Shown here piece after piece: positions 9,074 through 20,202 of a DNA stretch of 64,000 nucleotides (positions within the stretch are counted from its first letter, which is position 1; each line of letters opens with the position of its first letter). Made by a program: the position numbers and the translations under genes. The notes under the pieces were generated by a model. That model ran no database searches. It was not told the DNA's origin and saw only the letters and a list, made by a program, of their open reading frames with translations. Origin of the DNA: Methanotrichaceae archaeon (GTDB lineage Archaea; Halobacteriota; Methanosarcinia; Methanotrichales; Methanotrichaceae); contig CAWDNX010000003.1 of the NCBI GenBank assembly GCA_963803855.1, forward strand, positions 23,966 to 87,965, given 5' to 3'.

Positions 9074-11671
9074 ATGATGACCGATTTTTCAACTCTTGTG
9101 GGCGGAATTGCCGGTGACGGCATAAATGAGGCAGGCCTTACAGTGGCTCGCCTCTTTTGCCGCCTTGGCTATCACATTTACATGTACTACGACTATCCCT
9201 CCCTCATCAGAGGCGGACATAATTTCTCAATAGTACGGGCTTCCAGACAAAAGATCGCCGCTCACATGGACCAGATCGATGTCCTGATAGCTCTTAACCA
9301 GGAGACTGTAGAAAAGCACACGAGCCGTCTCAAGGATAGCTCCTTTGTGATTTACGATGCAGATAAGGTAAAACTTGACGACACAATGCATAGGGGCTTT
9401 GGCCTTACTATTACCCAGATCCTTAAGGAGGCGAATGCGCCTGCGGTCATGAAGAATACCTGCATAATAGGCGGATACTGCAAGGTTGTGGGCATAGATT
9501 GGCCCATCCTGGAAGATGTCTTAAAGAAACATATCCCAAAGATGTTGGAGCTGAATATACAGGTGGCACGGCAGGGCTACGACCAGGCGACAGAGTTCTG
9601 TCACATAGATAGTCGTGCAGATCGTGAAGATAGTCATTTGGAAAAGCAAACCCAAGAACTTCATCCCATCATAACCGGCAACCAGGCCATCAGCCTGGGA
9701 CTGATCAAAGCCGGCCTTATGGCTTACGTGGCCTATCCCATGACACCTTCATCAAGCGTGCTGGACTTCATGGCAAAATTTGGTCCAGAGTTCGGCCTCA
9801 AGGTGATTCATCCGGAAAGTGAGATTGCAGTGATGCTCATGGCAGAAGGTTTCGCCTATGCCGGGGTTAAAGCGGCCGTCGGGACGTCGGGCGGCGGATT
9901 TTGCCTCATGACCGAGGGGCTCAGCCTGGCCGGCATGGCGGAGATGCCGGTGGTAGTGGTAATGGCCCAGAGAACGGGACCATCCACGGGTCTTCCCACC
10001 TACACGGCACAGGGTGATCTGCATTTCGTCCTCAACGCCGGTCAGGGAGAGTTTCCCAGGTTTATAGTCGCACCGGGAGACGCCGAGGAGGCTTATTACT
10101 GGGCGGGCGTGGCCCTGAATTTGGCCTGGAAGTATCAGGTGCAATCGTTCATTCTAACCGACAAGATCGTCAGCGAGAGCCAGTACAGCTTTGACATAGA
10201 TCTGGCAGGTGACTTGACCGGCGTGCTGGAAGGACAAACAGAACAGTTTCCCTTGCTCTGGGATGGACAGGGCAAGTACAAACGCTACCGTTACACGGAT
10301 ACGGGCGTCTCGCCTCTCGCCTTTCCCCCCCAAAAGGGGCAGGCGATTAAGACGGACAGCTACACTCACGACGAAGACGGCATAACCTCTGAGGACCCCC
10401 AAATAACCAGAGAGACCAGCGACAAACGCCAGAGAAAAGGCCAATTCCTGGCCGCGGATCTGGAGGGATACGAGACTGTGAAGGTCTTTGGAGACAAAAA
10501 GAGCAAGACCGCTCTGCTCTGCTGGGGTTCGAATAAAGGGGTATGCATGGAGGCGGCCCTAAAATTGGGAATTCGGATGATTCAGGTGCTGGTTCTTTCG
10601 CCCTTCCCGGAAAGAAAGCTAAAGGATGCCCTGCAAGGGGTAGAGCGGCTCCTGGCAGTAGAGTGCAACTCCACGGGTCAACTGGCCAGGCTGGCCGGCT
10701 TTTATGGCATCAAGATCCAGGAACATGACCGAATTTTGAAGTATGACGGCAGACCTTTTTCCGTGGAAGATCTTCTGGCACAGCTGGGGAGGGCTCTGGC
10801 GAATATGAATCCTAAAGATCTGGCTACCACTGCTAAGAACACCTGGTGCCCCGGCTGCGGCAACTTCTCCATCCTGAGCGCCATGAGAATGGTTCTGGCA
10901 GAACTGGACAGCGAAGGCTTTCCCGTAGAAAACGTCGTCCTGGTCTCCGGCATCGGCTGCCACGCCAAGATTGTGGACTACATGAATGTGAACAGCTTCT
11001 ATTCCATTCACGGCCGAACGATGCCTGCGGCTTCGGCCATAAAGATTGCCAATCCCGATTTAAAGGTGATCTGCTTTTCCGGAGATGGTGATAGCCTGGC
11101 GGAAGGACTTGATCATCTCATCTTCGCCGCCAAGAGGAACATCGATCTTACACTGATCCTGCACGACAACCGCGTCTACGGCCTGACCACCGGCCAGTAC
11201 ACGCCCACATCACCCCAGGGCTTCAAGGGCAAGTCCACGCCCGCTGGCACAAGGGAGCATCCCATGAACCCGCTCGATCTGATGCTGGTTCGCGGAGCGT
11301 CTTACATTGCCCGGGGCTACACGCACGGCATTGAGCAGCTGCAGACGCTCTTTAAGGAAGCGATACTGCACAAGGGTTTCTCCTTTGTGGATGTTCTCCA
11401 GGTCTGCGTCTCTTACAACAATCTATATGAGAGCTACAATAAATGGACCTACACCGTGCAGGGAAACGATGCCTCAAGCTTCGAGGAGGCGCAAAAGATC
11501 ATTCGCTCCTGGAACTATGACCGCTCCGAGGTTCCTATTCCCCTGGGCAAGTTCTACCAGATTGATGCAGAGCGTTTTGATCAGTCATTTCCAGCAATAT
11601 CGGCCAAATTTATCGGAAAGAGACGGCAAAATAAAGACGCTGCTGGAAAATTTCATCTAGAAGGTGAATGA
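9074..11671 (+). CDS. 2-oxoacid:ferredoxin oxidoreductase; gamma-alpha and beta subunits in one frame (C-terminal frameshift near 11590)
   Basis: [25 protein letters not shown]; beta motifs [25 protein letters not shown]. Confidence 0.88.
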   Translation: MMTDFSTLVGGIAGDGINEAGLTVARLFCRLGYHIYMYYDYPSLIRGGHNFSIVRASRQKIAAHMDQIDVLIALNQETVEKHTSRLKDSSFVIYDADKVKLDDTMHRGFGLTITQILKEANAPAVMKNTCIIGGYCKVVGIDWPILEDVLKKHIPKMLELNIQVARQGYDQATEFCHIDSRADREDSHLEKQTQELHPIITGNQAISLGLIKAGLMAYVAYPMTPSSSVLDFMAKFGPEFGLKVIHPESEIAVMLMAEGFAYAGVKAAVGTSGGGFCLMTEGLSLAGMAEMPVVVVMAQRTGPSTGLPTYTAQGDLHFVLNAGQGEFPRFIVAPGDAEEAYYWAGVALNLAWKYQVQSFILTDKIVSESQYSFDIDLAGDLTGVLEGQTEQFPLLWDGQGKYKRYRYTDTGVSPLAFPPQKGQAIKTDSYTHDEDGITSEDPQITRETSDKRQRKGQFLAADLEGYETVKVFGDKKSKTALLCWGSNKGVCMEAALKLGIRMIQVLVLSPFPERKLKDALQGVERLLAVECNSTGQLARLAGFYGIKIQEHDRILKYDGRPFSVEDLLAQLGRALANMNPKDLATTAKNTWCPGCGNFSILSAMRMVLAELDSEGFPVENVVLVSGIGCHAKIVDYMNVNSFYSIHGRTMPAASAIKIANPDLKVICFSGDGDSLAEGLDHLIFAAKRNIDLTLILHDNRVYGLTTGQYTPTSPQGFKGKSTPAGTREHPMNPLDLMLVRGASYIARGYTHGIEQLQTLFKEAILHKGFSFVDVLQVCVSYNNLYESYNKWTYTVQGNDASSFEEAQKIIRSWNYDRSEVPIPLGKFYQIDAERFDQSFPAISAKFIGKRRQNKDAAGKFHLEGE

Positions 11672-11675
11672 AAAA

Positions 11676-11837
11676 ATGGATAAGTATGTTTGTAAGGTTT
11701 GCGGATACATCTACGATCCGGAAAAGGGAGATTCCACCTCCGGCATCGCTCCAGGAACGGCATTCGAGGACCTTCCCGATGATTGGATCTGTCCGGAATG
11801 CGGCGTGGGAAAAGAACAATTTGAGAAGGCAAATTAG
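11676..11837 (+). CDS. Rubredoxin (53 aa, below the ORF-track cutoff)
   Basis: Manual translation [19 protein letters not shown]...[21 protein letters not shown]. Confidence 0.95.
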   Translation: MDKYVCKVCGYIYDPEKGDSTSGIAPGTAFEDLPDDWICPECGVGKEQFEKAN

Positions 11838-11870
11838 AATGAATAGAATTGAGGACTAAGGTGCATTGCC

Positions 11871-12393
11871 ATGCTCAGCGAAAAGATGAATGAAGCTTTG
11901 AATGTTCAGGCGAATAGGGAATTGTACTCCTCCTATCTCTATCTCTCCATGTCCTATTATTTCGAGTCTATAAATATGAAGGGCTTTGCCCATTGGATGA
12001 GACTGCAGGCCGGCGAAGAGCTGGTTCATACCATGAAGATGCTCGACTACGTGGCAGGAAGAGGCGGCAGAGCAAAGATGCTGGCCGTGGAGGCTCCTCA
12101 GTTCACCTGGGACCTCGCCTCTGCAGGCCTTCCAGCATGTCTGGGATCATGAGCGCGTGGTGACCGGGCTCATTCAAACCCTTGTCAAGGTGGCCGAGAA
12201 GGAGTTGGACGAGGCGACGAAAGAGTTCTTGCAGTGGTACATCAAGGAGCAGGTGGAAGAGGAGGAGTCCTCGGACAATGTACTGAACAAAGTCAAAGCG
12301 GCGGGAAATGACAGGGTACTTTAGAGGCGGCGGATAGAGCTGCTGGGACAGAGAAGCTTCAAGTTCCCCAGGGGATTTGAGATATTTCCCTAA
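11871..12393 (+). CDS. ftnA: Ferritin (frameshifted near 12112 and 12335)
   Basis: LN.Q.NRELYSSYLYLSM, EELVH; other frame gives HERVVT, FLQWYIKEQVEEE. Confidence 0.88.
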
Positions 12394-12442
12394 AGTGGGT
12401 TCTATAGTCAGAAAGATTAGAAATTTACAGGAAATAAAAAGT

Positions 12443-13105
12443 ATGACAGAAATGAAGATAACTGTGAGCAAGAATGGTCCATATATCGTGACCGGCATTG
12501 TCCCCCTCACTACCTCGGAGATTTGCAACGATGATGAGGGCTACTGCCGGACCTGGCGGGAAGTTAAGAGATACCCCATGCAGGAAAAGTATGCACTCTG
12601 TCGGTGCGGCCACTCGAAGAATAAACCCTTCTGCGATGGGACTCATGCAAAGATCTCCTTTGAAGGAACCGAGGCCAGGAGACCATGTGCCCTTTGACGA
12701 AAACAGCAGAAATTAATCCGTGGTCCTGCACTGACATTGGCAGATAATGAGCATCTTTGCGTCCATGCCAGGTTCTGCATGCGAGCCGGTGGGATCTGGA
12801 ATCTGGTAAAGCATCCAGAAAACCAGGAAGATAGGGAGATTGCCATAGAAGAAGCATGCAACTGCCCCTCGGGTCGGCTGGTGATAACGGATAATGAAAG
12901 CGGGAAGACGATTGAGCCCGAATTGGATAAGTCCATTGTCGTTATCGAATACCCGCCAAGGGGTGAGCACGGGCCGCTCTGGGTGCGAGGAGGCATACCC
13001 ATCGAATCAGCGAACGGCAAACTGTACGAGATCCGAAACCGCGTCACCCTTTGCAGGTGCGGAAGATCGCAGAATAAACCGTTTTGTGACGGCAGCCATA
13101 TCTAA
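12443..13105 (+). CDS. CDGSH iron-sulfur domain protein with central ferredoxin-like domain (frameshifted near 12680)
   Basis: Two LCRCGxSxNKPFCDG(T/S)H motifs plus CVHARFC...CPSGRL. Confidence 0.88.
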
Positions 13106-13400
13106 GCTTTCGCCTTCTGCTGGCGGACAAAGTGGTCCCAATTGCAGCTGCTCCTCCAGCCGGTTTTGCCGGTCGAGCAGCCTGCTGACCACGCGCAGCA
13201 TGGGATCGGGCAGAAGGGCATAGTTCAGATCCGTTCCTGTGGCAGAGCACTAGGGCTCGGCAATTCTTCCCGGCACACCCACTACGGTGGCTCCGGCAGG
13301 GACGGGCCGAACCACCACGAAGCTTGCGCCGATCTTGGCACCTTTTCCCAGGAGGTTGAAGTGCTCAACCTTGGCCACCACGGGCAGACGCTACATCCGG
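13106..13400 (-). pseudogene. cysE: Remnant of serine O-acetyltransferase C-terminus joined to a short cysteine-synthase-like fragment
   Basis: Minus-strand translation VVAKVEHFN / GKGAKIGASFVVVRPVPAGATVVGVPGRIAEP*..LPDPMLRVV. Confidence 0.6.
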
Positions 13401-13412
13401 GCGCATTCTACC

Positions 13413-14620
13413 GTGACTTCCTCCCCACCCTAAAGGATGGGGCTTCCTGCTTCGACGAACCGGCGCTTACTTTGGGCATAGGCCAAAGCCGGAGGTCGGT
13501 TCTCCACAGGCTATCCCCCTCAGTCCGAGGGTTCTGATTATCATGCTTGCATTGAGATCTCTGCAGATTATTAGACCACACCGAGAGCAGATATGCACCC
13601 TATCTTTTAGCTTCTTGGGCACATTCTCACCACAAGCGGAACATCTTTGGCTAGTGTTATAGGGATTAGCCAATACCACGGTTTTGCCAGCTCTTTCAGC
13701 CTTGCTCACCGTGAAGCGTATTAGCTTTCCTCATGATGCAAAAACTCCTCGCGAAGGTTGGTTACCCTCTTTGCGATCCTGGCCAACTTTGTCTGGGCTT
13801 TCTTCCGGTTATTGGAACCGAGCTTCTTGCGGTGCAACGATTTATTGGCAGTTCGATTCTTCTTCTCAGCTTGGACATGGTACTTTGGATAGTCGAAGTA
13901 CTGACCGTCCGAAGTTACGGCTGCATGAGTGATGCCAAGGTCTACTCCGATCGCGGTCTTGGGCTTCAGCTTGGTTGGATTCTCAAGCTCGGTCGTAAAT
14001 ATGACATACCATGCATTTGTCTTATCTCGCTTGATGGAACAGGTTTTGATCCTGCCCACAATAGGCCTATGCTCAAAGGTTCTAATGCCGCCGGAAATTT
14101 TTGACAGTATCAGCCTGGTGCCGTTCAGCTTAAATCCTGACTGAGGATAGGTAATCGAGCTGTAACGGTTAATGGACTTGAACCGGGGGTAGCCTTTTTT
14201 TCGAGCCCCTTCGCGAACTCTTCGAAAGAAGTTATCAAAGGATTTCTGAAGCCTCCTCAAGACATCCTGTTCGACCTGAGAATGGACGGCATTGAGGTAT
14301 GGATTAGACTGTTTCTCAAAGACCAGCAAAGCTGCCTGATCTTCGTAAGATCGGGTTATGCCTTCGCGTTCCCAGGCATTTTTGCGATCTGCAAGTGCTT
14401 TATTCCAAAGGTGCCTGCAGGTATCCAGCGTTAAGGCCAATTGTGCTTCTTGTTGCCTGTTTGGGTATAGCCGGAACTTGTAGGCCGTTTTCATATTAAC
14501 TTAATGTGGTCGGTCCATGCTATATTAAGTCAATTAGTGCGCAGCGAAAGTAATCATGACAGGGGTACGATTCATCCCCAGCCTGAAGTCTGGGGTCTTC
14601 TCTACCCCTGTACCCCAACA
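13413..14620 (-). mobile_element. tnpB: IS200/IS605-family (IS1341-like) tnpB-only element; tnpB 13467-14494 internally deleted
   Basis: MKTAYKFRLYP, GVDLG, zinc finger, DLNAS; right-end hairpin ending in TCAC at 13413; left-end hairpin 14559-14611. Confidence 0.88.
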
Positions 14621-14650
14621 AGATAAATTATTGTTGCCCGAATGCATATT

Positions 14651-15405
14651 ATGTTCTTCATCTTGGAACAAGAGAGTGACAAGGCCAGGCGGGCCCGACT
14701 GCCAGGCTATCGCTCGGGGGCACAGGAGGCCGATCGGGCCTGAGATCCAGGTGGCGCATGCCTGCGGACTTTGCAGCTTTTCGGGGCGCTGGATTTTGGA
14801 AATGATAACGATTCGCGATTACTATTAGCGGTTAATTATAACCATACGACCAATGATCCCACCACAGAGGCTCAGAGCGCACAGAGACTTTTTTTAGCTG
14901 AGATCAAATGCAGTCCTCCGGCTTGACGATCCCTGCGCACTACCGGAAGCAGCGCCGGACAGCCGCAAGGGCGCGCTCTGCGCCGCTCGGGTCCCGGCTG
15001 CTGCTCGTGGCCGTCGCCCATGATCCGGGCCGTTCGGGCCTGGCGGCGCGGTCGTCGGGCCGGAGGCCAGTTGGGCCGAAGTGACTGGTGGAGAGGACTC
15101 CGGCTGAGGCAATTTTCAAGGTGCTGGGTTTTAGGAAGCTGTGGTGATTTGCGGTTACTATTAGACGATAATTATAGCCGAACAATTACGAATATTACCG
15201 CAGAGGCGCAGAGCACGCGGAGGACGAACGAACGGAGACGACTATTGCTCAGGAGCAGTGCACTTTTTAAAATGTGATTGCTGCCGATGCCCATGGTCCC
15301 GGCTGCCGCCCGTGGGCCCAGCCTGGGCGGCGATGTCATCAGGGCGGGATGGATTGCATGACAAGCGCTTGCATTAGGGGGCAGGGGTCCGGTTGGGCAT
15401 GACGC
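14651..15405 (+). repeat. Two tandem units of the modular repeat (cores at 14816-14844 and 15152-15180)
   Basis: GGAGGCCRRTCGGGCCTGAG motif, palindromic core and ACCRCAGAG triple repeat; homologous to later copies. Confidence 0.85.
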
Positions 15406-15496
15406 CTTTCGATGCAATTTGTCTTTTAGTTAACTTTTAATAGCATGCTGTACATAAATTAACGGGAACCGAATAATAATTACTATGGGGTTAATC

Positions 15497-15754
15497 ATGT
15501 CTGTAGAGGTTTCTGTAAGCTCGGCCAAAAAGAATCTCGAAGATATTCTAGCGAAGCTATCTCCCGGTGAGACAGCAACTCTTATCGGCCCTGAGGGCAG
15601 ACCCTTGGCTGTACTGGTTCCACTAAGATCTTCTGAGGATGAGGCAGCGGAAATTGACTGGGATGCAGAGTGGCAGGCCTTGGCCCATGAAATCGATTCC
15701 GCATGGAAGAGCGAGAAGAGCGCTTTGGAGATTCTTGCCGAGATGAGGAGATGA
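15497..15754 (+). CDS. Phd/YefM-like antitoxin
   Basis: VSVSSAKKNL..L..GE...GRPLAVLVP; ATGA overlap with the PIN gene. Confidence 0.7.
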   Translation: MSVEVSVSSAKKNLEDILAKLSPGETATLIGPEGRPLAVLVPLRSSEDEAAEIDWDAEWQALAHEIDSAWKSEKSALEILAEMRR

Positions 15755-16194
15755 AACTGACAATTGATGCCAGCGTCTTTGTCTCTGCAGCCCGACCTTC
15801 TGAAAAACAATACCCTCTGAGCTACAGGTTTCTGCATAGGGTGAAAGGATCAAAAATATTCTGCCCCACTCTTGTGCTTGCCGAGTGTGGGGCGGCTATT
15901 GCCAGGCCGACTGGAGACTCGCTTTTATCCGGGAGGCTGGTCAATCTCATAAAGCATTTCCCAGGGATGACACAGGTTCCTCTGGACCTGCCTCTTGCCC
16001 TTCGTGCAGCAGAGATTGCCATTGAAAATCGCCTTCGTGGCGCGGATGCCGTTTATGTTTCTGTTGCTGAGGATTTCGAGGCCGTTTTGGTTTCATGGGA
16101 TGGAGAGATGTTAGAACGCTGTCCGGAATCAGTGCTAGCGATGAGCCCTGAAAAATGGCTGGAAAACGCCCCAAGGACTGGAGGGCGGGAATAA
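15751..16194 (+). CDS. vapC: VapC PIN-domain toxin
   Basis: IDASVFV, LAE, LRGADAVY, LVSWD. Confidence 0.88.
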   Translation: MKLTIDASVFVSAARPSEKQYPLSYRFLHRVKGSKIFCPTLVLAECGAAIARPTGDSLLSGRLVNLIKHFPGMTQVPLDLPLALRAAEIAIENRLRGADAVYVSVAEDFEAVLVSWDGEMLERCPESVLAMSPEKWLENAPRTGGRE

Positions 16195-16235
16195 GATCAT
16201 TTCAGGGAGAATCTTCGGTTAAGCAATACTTGCAC

Positions 16236-16375
16236 GCTACCGGCAGCAACGCCGGGCAGCCGCAGGGCCGCGCTCTGTGCCGCTCGGGTCCCGGCTGCTG
16301 CTCGTGGCTAGCCGCCGAGGGGCCGTCCAGCCAGGTTGCGCGATCGTCTGGGCGAGCTGGCTTGTCTGACAAGAA
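16236..16375 (+). repeat. Partial repeat unit (GC-rich distal part only)
   Basis: CTACCGGCAGC..GCCGCAGGGCCGCGCTCTG..CGCTCGGGTCCCGGCTGCTGCTCGTGGC matches 14940-15011 and 18625-18697. Confidence 0.8.
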
Positions 16376-16429
16376 CCCTCGGTAGGTTGACTGTCAAGGC
16401 CGAGGCCGCCAGAATGATGGTGAACCGTC

Positions 16430-16645
16430 CTATTTTATGAGCCTGCAAAAATCATCTTCAGTTATTCCCAATTGCTTGAGAATTTCGTAGAAAAGCCAGC
16501 TTCCAATCTCGCTATTGCCATGTATTGGAATCGTAGTCGCTCGGCCATTGGGATGCTTCCATCTGGCGTGGCTGCCTTTTTGCCTCACCATCTGGAACCC
16601 GAGCTTCTTGGCCGCTTTCTGCAGGTCCTTAGCTTTGGCAGGCAT
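16430..16645 (-). CDS. hicA: HicA mRNA interferase toxin
   Basis: LGF..VRQKGSH..HP.G..TTIPIH. Confidence 0.92.
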   Translation of the reverse strand: MPAKAKDLQKAAKKLGFQMVRQKGSHARWKHPNGRATTIPIHGNSEIGSWLFYEILKQLGITEDDFCRLIK

Positions 16646-16856
16646 GAGTAGCTTTTACTTCTACATCTGATGGAAGCATGCGCCCTTCTTCTCTGTACTC
16701 TTCCTCGATCATTTCGAAGACGTTTATCAACTCGGTTTGTGCCTCCTCGGAAGTTTGGCCCAAGGCATGACAGCCCGGAATTGCAGGTACGTAGGCCACG
16801 AATGTACCATTGTCTTCGGGACGAAGTATTACCGTGTAGTCATAAAGACGTTTCAT
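16629..16856 (-). CDS. hicB: HicB antitoxin (short form, upstream of hicA)
   Basis: YTVIL..EDNG.FVAYVPAIPGCHALGQT.EEA. Confidence 0.9.
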   Translation of the reverse strand: MKRLYDYTVILRPEDNGTFVAYVPAIPGCHALGQTSEEAQTELINVFEMIEEEYREEGRMLPSDVEVKATHACQS

Positions 16857-16974
16857 TGGAAATCACTTAATCCCTATTTGCATATAATACTACCCAATGG
16901 TGAAGTGTACCCACTGTGGTGATTAAACGTTGCACTTCTAGGCGGGCCCCGGTCTTCCCAGAGGAAAGCCGCCC

Positions 16975-17565
16975 GTGGGCCATCCGAACTTGTGATGCGG
17001 TCGTCCGGGCGGGCTGGCTATCCTGGCAAGCGCTCGGACAAGGGGGCAGGGGGCCGGTCGGGCCTGAGAGCCATGTGTGCTGGCCTCCGGCAAGGGGCGT
17101 TTTCCGGGGCACAGGATTGGGGAAACAATGGCCGTTTGTTAATAATATTTGCAGATAATTATAACCATACAACTAATAATCCCACCACAGAGGCACAGAG
17201 CGCACGGAGGACGAACGGACGGAGACGACTATTGCTCTGAAGCAAGTGCACTTTTTTGAATGTGGTTGCTTTCGGCTCTCGGCTACGTTCGTGGCTCGCT
17301 GCCATCGAGCCGGACTGGCTTGCAGCGATTTTGTCAGGGCGGGCTGGAGGCCAGTCGGGCCTGAGGGCCAGGAGGAGCTGGAGGAGCTGGACTCCGGCTG
17401 AGGCAATTTTCAGGGTGCTGGGTTTTGGGAAGCTGTGGTGATTTGCGGTTACGATTAGACGATAATTGTAGCCGAACAATTGCGAATATAACCGCAGAGG
17501 CGCAGAGCACGCGTAGGACGAGCGAACGGAGACGACTATTGCTCAGAAGCAGTGCGCTTTTTTTA
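16975..17565 (+). repeat. Two tandem repeat units (cores at 17139-17167 and 17446-17474)
   Basis: 17390-17560 nearly identical to 15095-15268 and 19365-19540. Confidence 0.88.
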
Positions 17566-17660
17566 TGGATCTGCAGACTGCTTGACTGAAGAGATCTTCA
17601 ACCTAGCCAAAGCTTAATGAATGATCTCTGCTATTATTATGAAATGGAGCATGAATCTAA

Positions 17661-17921
17661 ATGAGCGCTAGGACTCTGAAGATCCCGGAAGAGATTGTCA
17701 ATGCTCTTCGGGTTCCACCTGATGATATAGAATCTGAGCTTTACAAAGAGTTAGCTCTGGCACTTTACCTGCGAGGGATGCTTTCTTCTGGAAAAGCCTC
17801 TGCTCTCAGTGGCCTGACTCGTCTTCAGTTCGAAGATCTTCTCGGTCAGCGTAAAGTCAAGCGGCACTACGGGGAAGAAGAGCTGCAAGAGGATCTAAGA
17901 TATGCCGGGTGCAATCAGTGA
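17661..17921 (+). CDS. UPF0175-family antitoxin-like protein
   Basis: ELALALY..G.LSSGKA..L.GLTR..F..LL...YGEEELQED. Confidence 0.85.
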   Translation: MSARTLKIPEEIVNALRVPPDDIESELYKELALALYLRGMLSSGKASALSGLTRLQFEDLLGQRKVKRHYGEEELQEDLRYAGCNQ

Positions 17922-18408
17922 TTCTTCAACGCTGATTCATCTGGCAAAGATCGGGCATCTGCACCTCTTGCGTGAGTTTCATAAAAAGATTTTCATAGCA
18001 CCGGCCGTTTGGAAAGAGGTAGTGCAGGAAGGTCGAGAATGGCCAGGCTCCTCTGAGGTAGATCAGGGAAGGCAAGCTGGATGGATAGAAGTCATTGATC
18101 CGGCAAATCGACCTCTTATCAATCTTCTACAAAAGGATTTGCATGAAGGCGAATCCGAGACCATAGCTCTCGCTGTTCAGCTAACTGCAGATGTTGTATT
18201 TCTGGACGAGAGCGAGGCTAGAAGGACAGCCAGAGTCTATGGATTGAACATAACCGGCGTGATTGGTATCTTGATCAGAGCCAGGCGAGAAGGAAGAATA
18301 CCATCTCTCCGAGAAGAACTTGATAGGCTAAGAAATGATGCCGGTTTCTGGATAGGGGATGATGTCTACAAAAAGGCCTTGCACGCTTCTGGAGAGGATA
18401 AAGACTGA
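17902..18408 (+). CDS. DUF3368 PIN-like protein
   Basis: ISDSSTLIHL, GESETIALA, LDE..AR, TGVIGIL. Confidence 0.88.
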   Translation: MPGAISDSSTLIHLAKIGHLHLLREFHKKIFIAPAVWKEVVQEGREWPGSSEVDQGRQAGWIEVIDPANRPLINLLQKDLHEGESETIALAVQLTADVVFLDESEARRTARVYGLNITGVIGILIRARREGRIPSLREELDRLRNDAGFWIGDDVYKKALHASGEDKD

Positions 18409-18439
18409 AAAGAATAAGCCAATCGACCGTGGTTGATGC

Positions 18440-18740
18440 CGGCGCTCGTGCAAAGGGGGGCAGGAGGCCGGTCGGGCCTAAGAGCTAGGTGTGCTGGCCT
18501 TCGGTTCGCTATTACTATTAACGGATAATCATATCCAGCAACTACGGACCAAACCACAAAGGCACGAAGGCACAAAGGACGCACAAAGATTCGATGCATT
18601 CTACAGCTTTGCGATTCTTGCAGGCCACCGGCAGCAGCGCCGGGCAGCCGCAAGGCCGCGCTCTGAGACACTCGGGTTCCGGCTGCTGCTTGTGGCCGCC
18701 GCCCGTGGGCCGGGCCGGTCGGGCCTGGTTTCGGGTGGCG
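18440..18740 (+). repeat. Repeat unit, CAAAG subtype (core at 18509-18537)
   Basis: 18500-18588 nearly identical to 19709-19798. Confidence 0.85.
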
Positions 18741-18833
18741 CTTTCGTTCGGATAAGGAGATTTTTCGGCGCCGGCTAAGAGCTAGGAAACCAGAAACCGC
18801 TAAAAGGACGAATCTGAATTATTTAAATCAAAC

Positions 18834-19070
18834 TGCGTGCGGCCACCCCACCCTAAAGGGATGGGGTATGCTTCGGGCCGCACGCACGCCCGGTTAGCTG
18901 GAGATCAGAAACCATCGAGTCTTCTTTGCCTGGTCTCCCTGATCTGTGCAATTGAAACGCTGCTTTCGAATTCCAGCTTATCGGTTTAAGTGAGCACAAA
19001 TAACGTGCGAGGGTTCACTTCATCCCCAACCTGAAGGTCGGGGTATTCGTGACCCTCCGCACTCCCGATG
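18834..19070. mobile_element. Non-autonomous IS200/IS605-derived palindromic element (PATE/MITE-like)
   Basis: Hairpin with CCCCACCCTAAAGGGATGGGG (as at 13423-13442) and hairpin TTCATCCCCAACCTGAAGGTCGGGGT (as at 14571-14596); no ORF between them. Confidence 0.7.
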
Positions 19071-19250
19071 TAATCATATTCTATTGAATCTTCAAGATTG
19101 GTTTTATTGGCAAATGCTTCCTTTGAATCAACCTTCTCTTTGGTCACCGATTGTGGATACGGTTTGGATTGGCTGACTGACATGAATGGCCTCTCTATTT
19201 ATGGCATGTTGCTTCTTAGAATATATCCCTTTGCCAGGAATAAAATTTTT

Positions 19251-19920
19251 ATGTTCTTCATCTTGGGACAGGCAGTAGCAAGGCCAGGCGGGCCAGCATG
19301 CACGCGCGCAGGCTCGCCCTCGGGGACGCAGGAGGCCGGTCGGGCCTGAGGGCCAGGTGGAGCTGGACTCCGGCTGAGGCAATTTTCAGGTTGCTGGGTT
19401 TTAGGAAGCTGTGGTGATTTGCGGTTACTATTATACGATAACTATAGCCGAACAATTGCGAATATAACCGCAGAGGCGCAGAGCACGCGGAGGACGAACG
19501 AACGGAGACGACTATTGCTCAGAAGCAGTGCGCTTTTTTGAATGTGGTTGCTGCCGGCACTCGGGTCCCGGCTGCGCTCGTGGCCACCGCCTGTGGGCCG
19601 GGCCGTCCGGGCTTGCGGCGATGTCGTCAGGGCGGGCTGGATTGCCTGACAAGCGCTCGCACTCGGGAGCAGGGGCCGGTCGGGCCTGAGAACCAGGTGG
19701 CGCATGCCTTCGGCTCGCTATTACTATTAGCTGATAATTATATCCAGCAACTACGGACCAAACCACAAAGGCACGAAGGCACAAAGGACGCACAAAGACG
19801 CTTAAAAATAATCTCTGTGACAGATCCCATATCATCAATTGTTGCGGCCCTTTCGCCAGGCGGGCCCGCATGCACTAGGCGCTCGTGCTCGGGCACGCAG
19901 GAGGCCGGTCGGGCCTGAGG
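19251..19920 (+). repeat. Leader copy plus two tandem repeat units (cores at 19422-19450 and 19718-19746)
   Basis: Starts with ATGTTCTTCATCTTGG as at 14651; same modular order. Confidence 0.88.
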
Positions 19921-19974
19921 AACAAGAGCAGGCTCAGCCTGGATGAGGTAAATTATTCAATGAGTTAAATAAAC

Positions 19975-20202
19975 CTAGGCTGCAACGTACTGCCGGATCT
20001 CGACTTGTGCTCCTGTGTTTGCTCTTTCCTCAGCATCCTTAAGCAGCTCGGCTGTAACCGCCTCACTGATATACGCCTCTCCGCAATTGGGGCAGACTTG
20101 AGCAGGAACGCATTTTACTACCATTGTCAAACAATCTCGCTCAAAGGTAATTGTGGTTGTTCCGGGCTTAGTGGATGCCTTTTTACAGATAACGCATTTC
20201 AT
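19975..20202 (-). CDS. YgiT/MqsA-type zinc-finger antitoxin
   Basis: MKCVIC...VPAQVCPNCGEAY; TAATG coupling to the upstream gene. Confidence 0.88.
   Translation of the reverse strand: MKCVICKKASTKPGTTTITFERDCLTMVVKCVPAQVCPNCGEAYISEAVTAELLKDAEERANTGAQVEIRQYVAA

Noticed and set aside
11668-11859. 63-aa [11 protein letters not shown]..
   Set aside because: Wrong frame; the real gene is rubredoxin at 11676-11837
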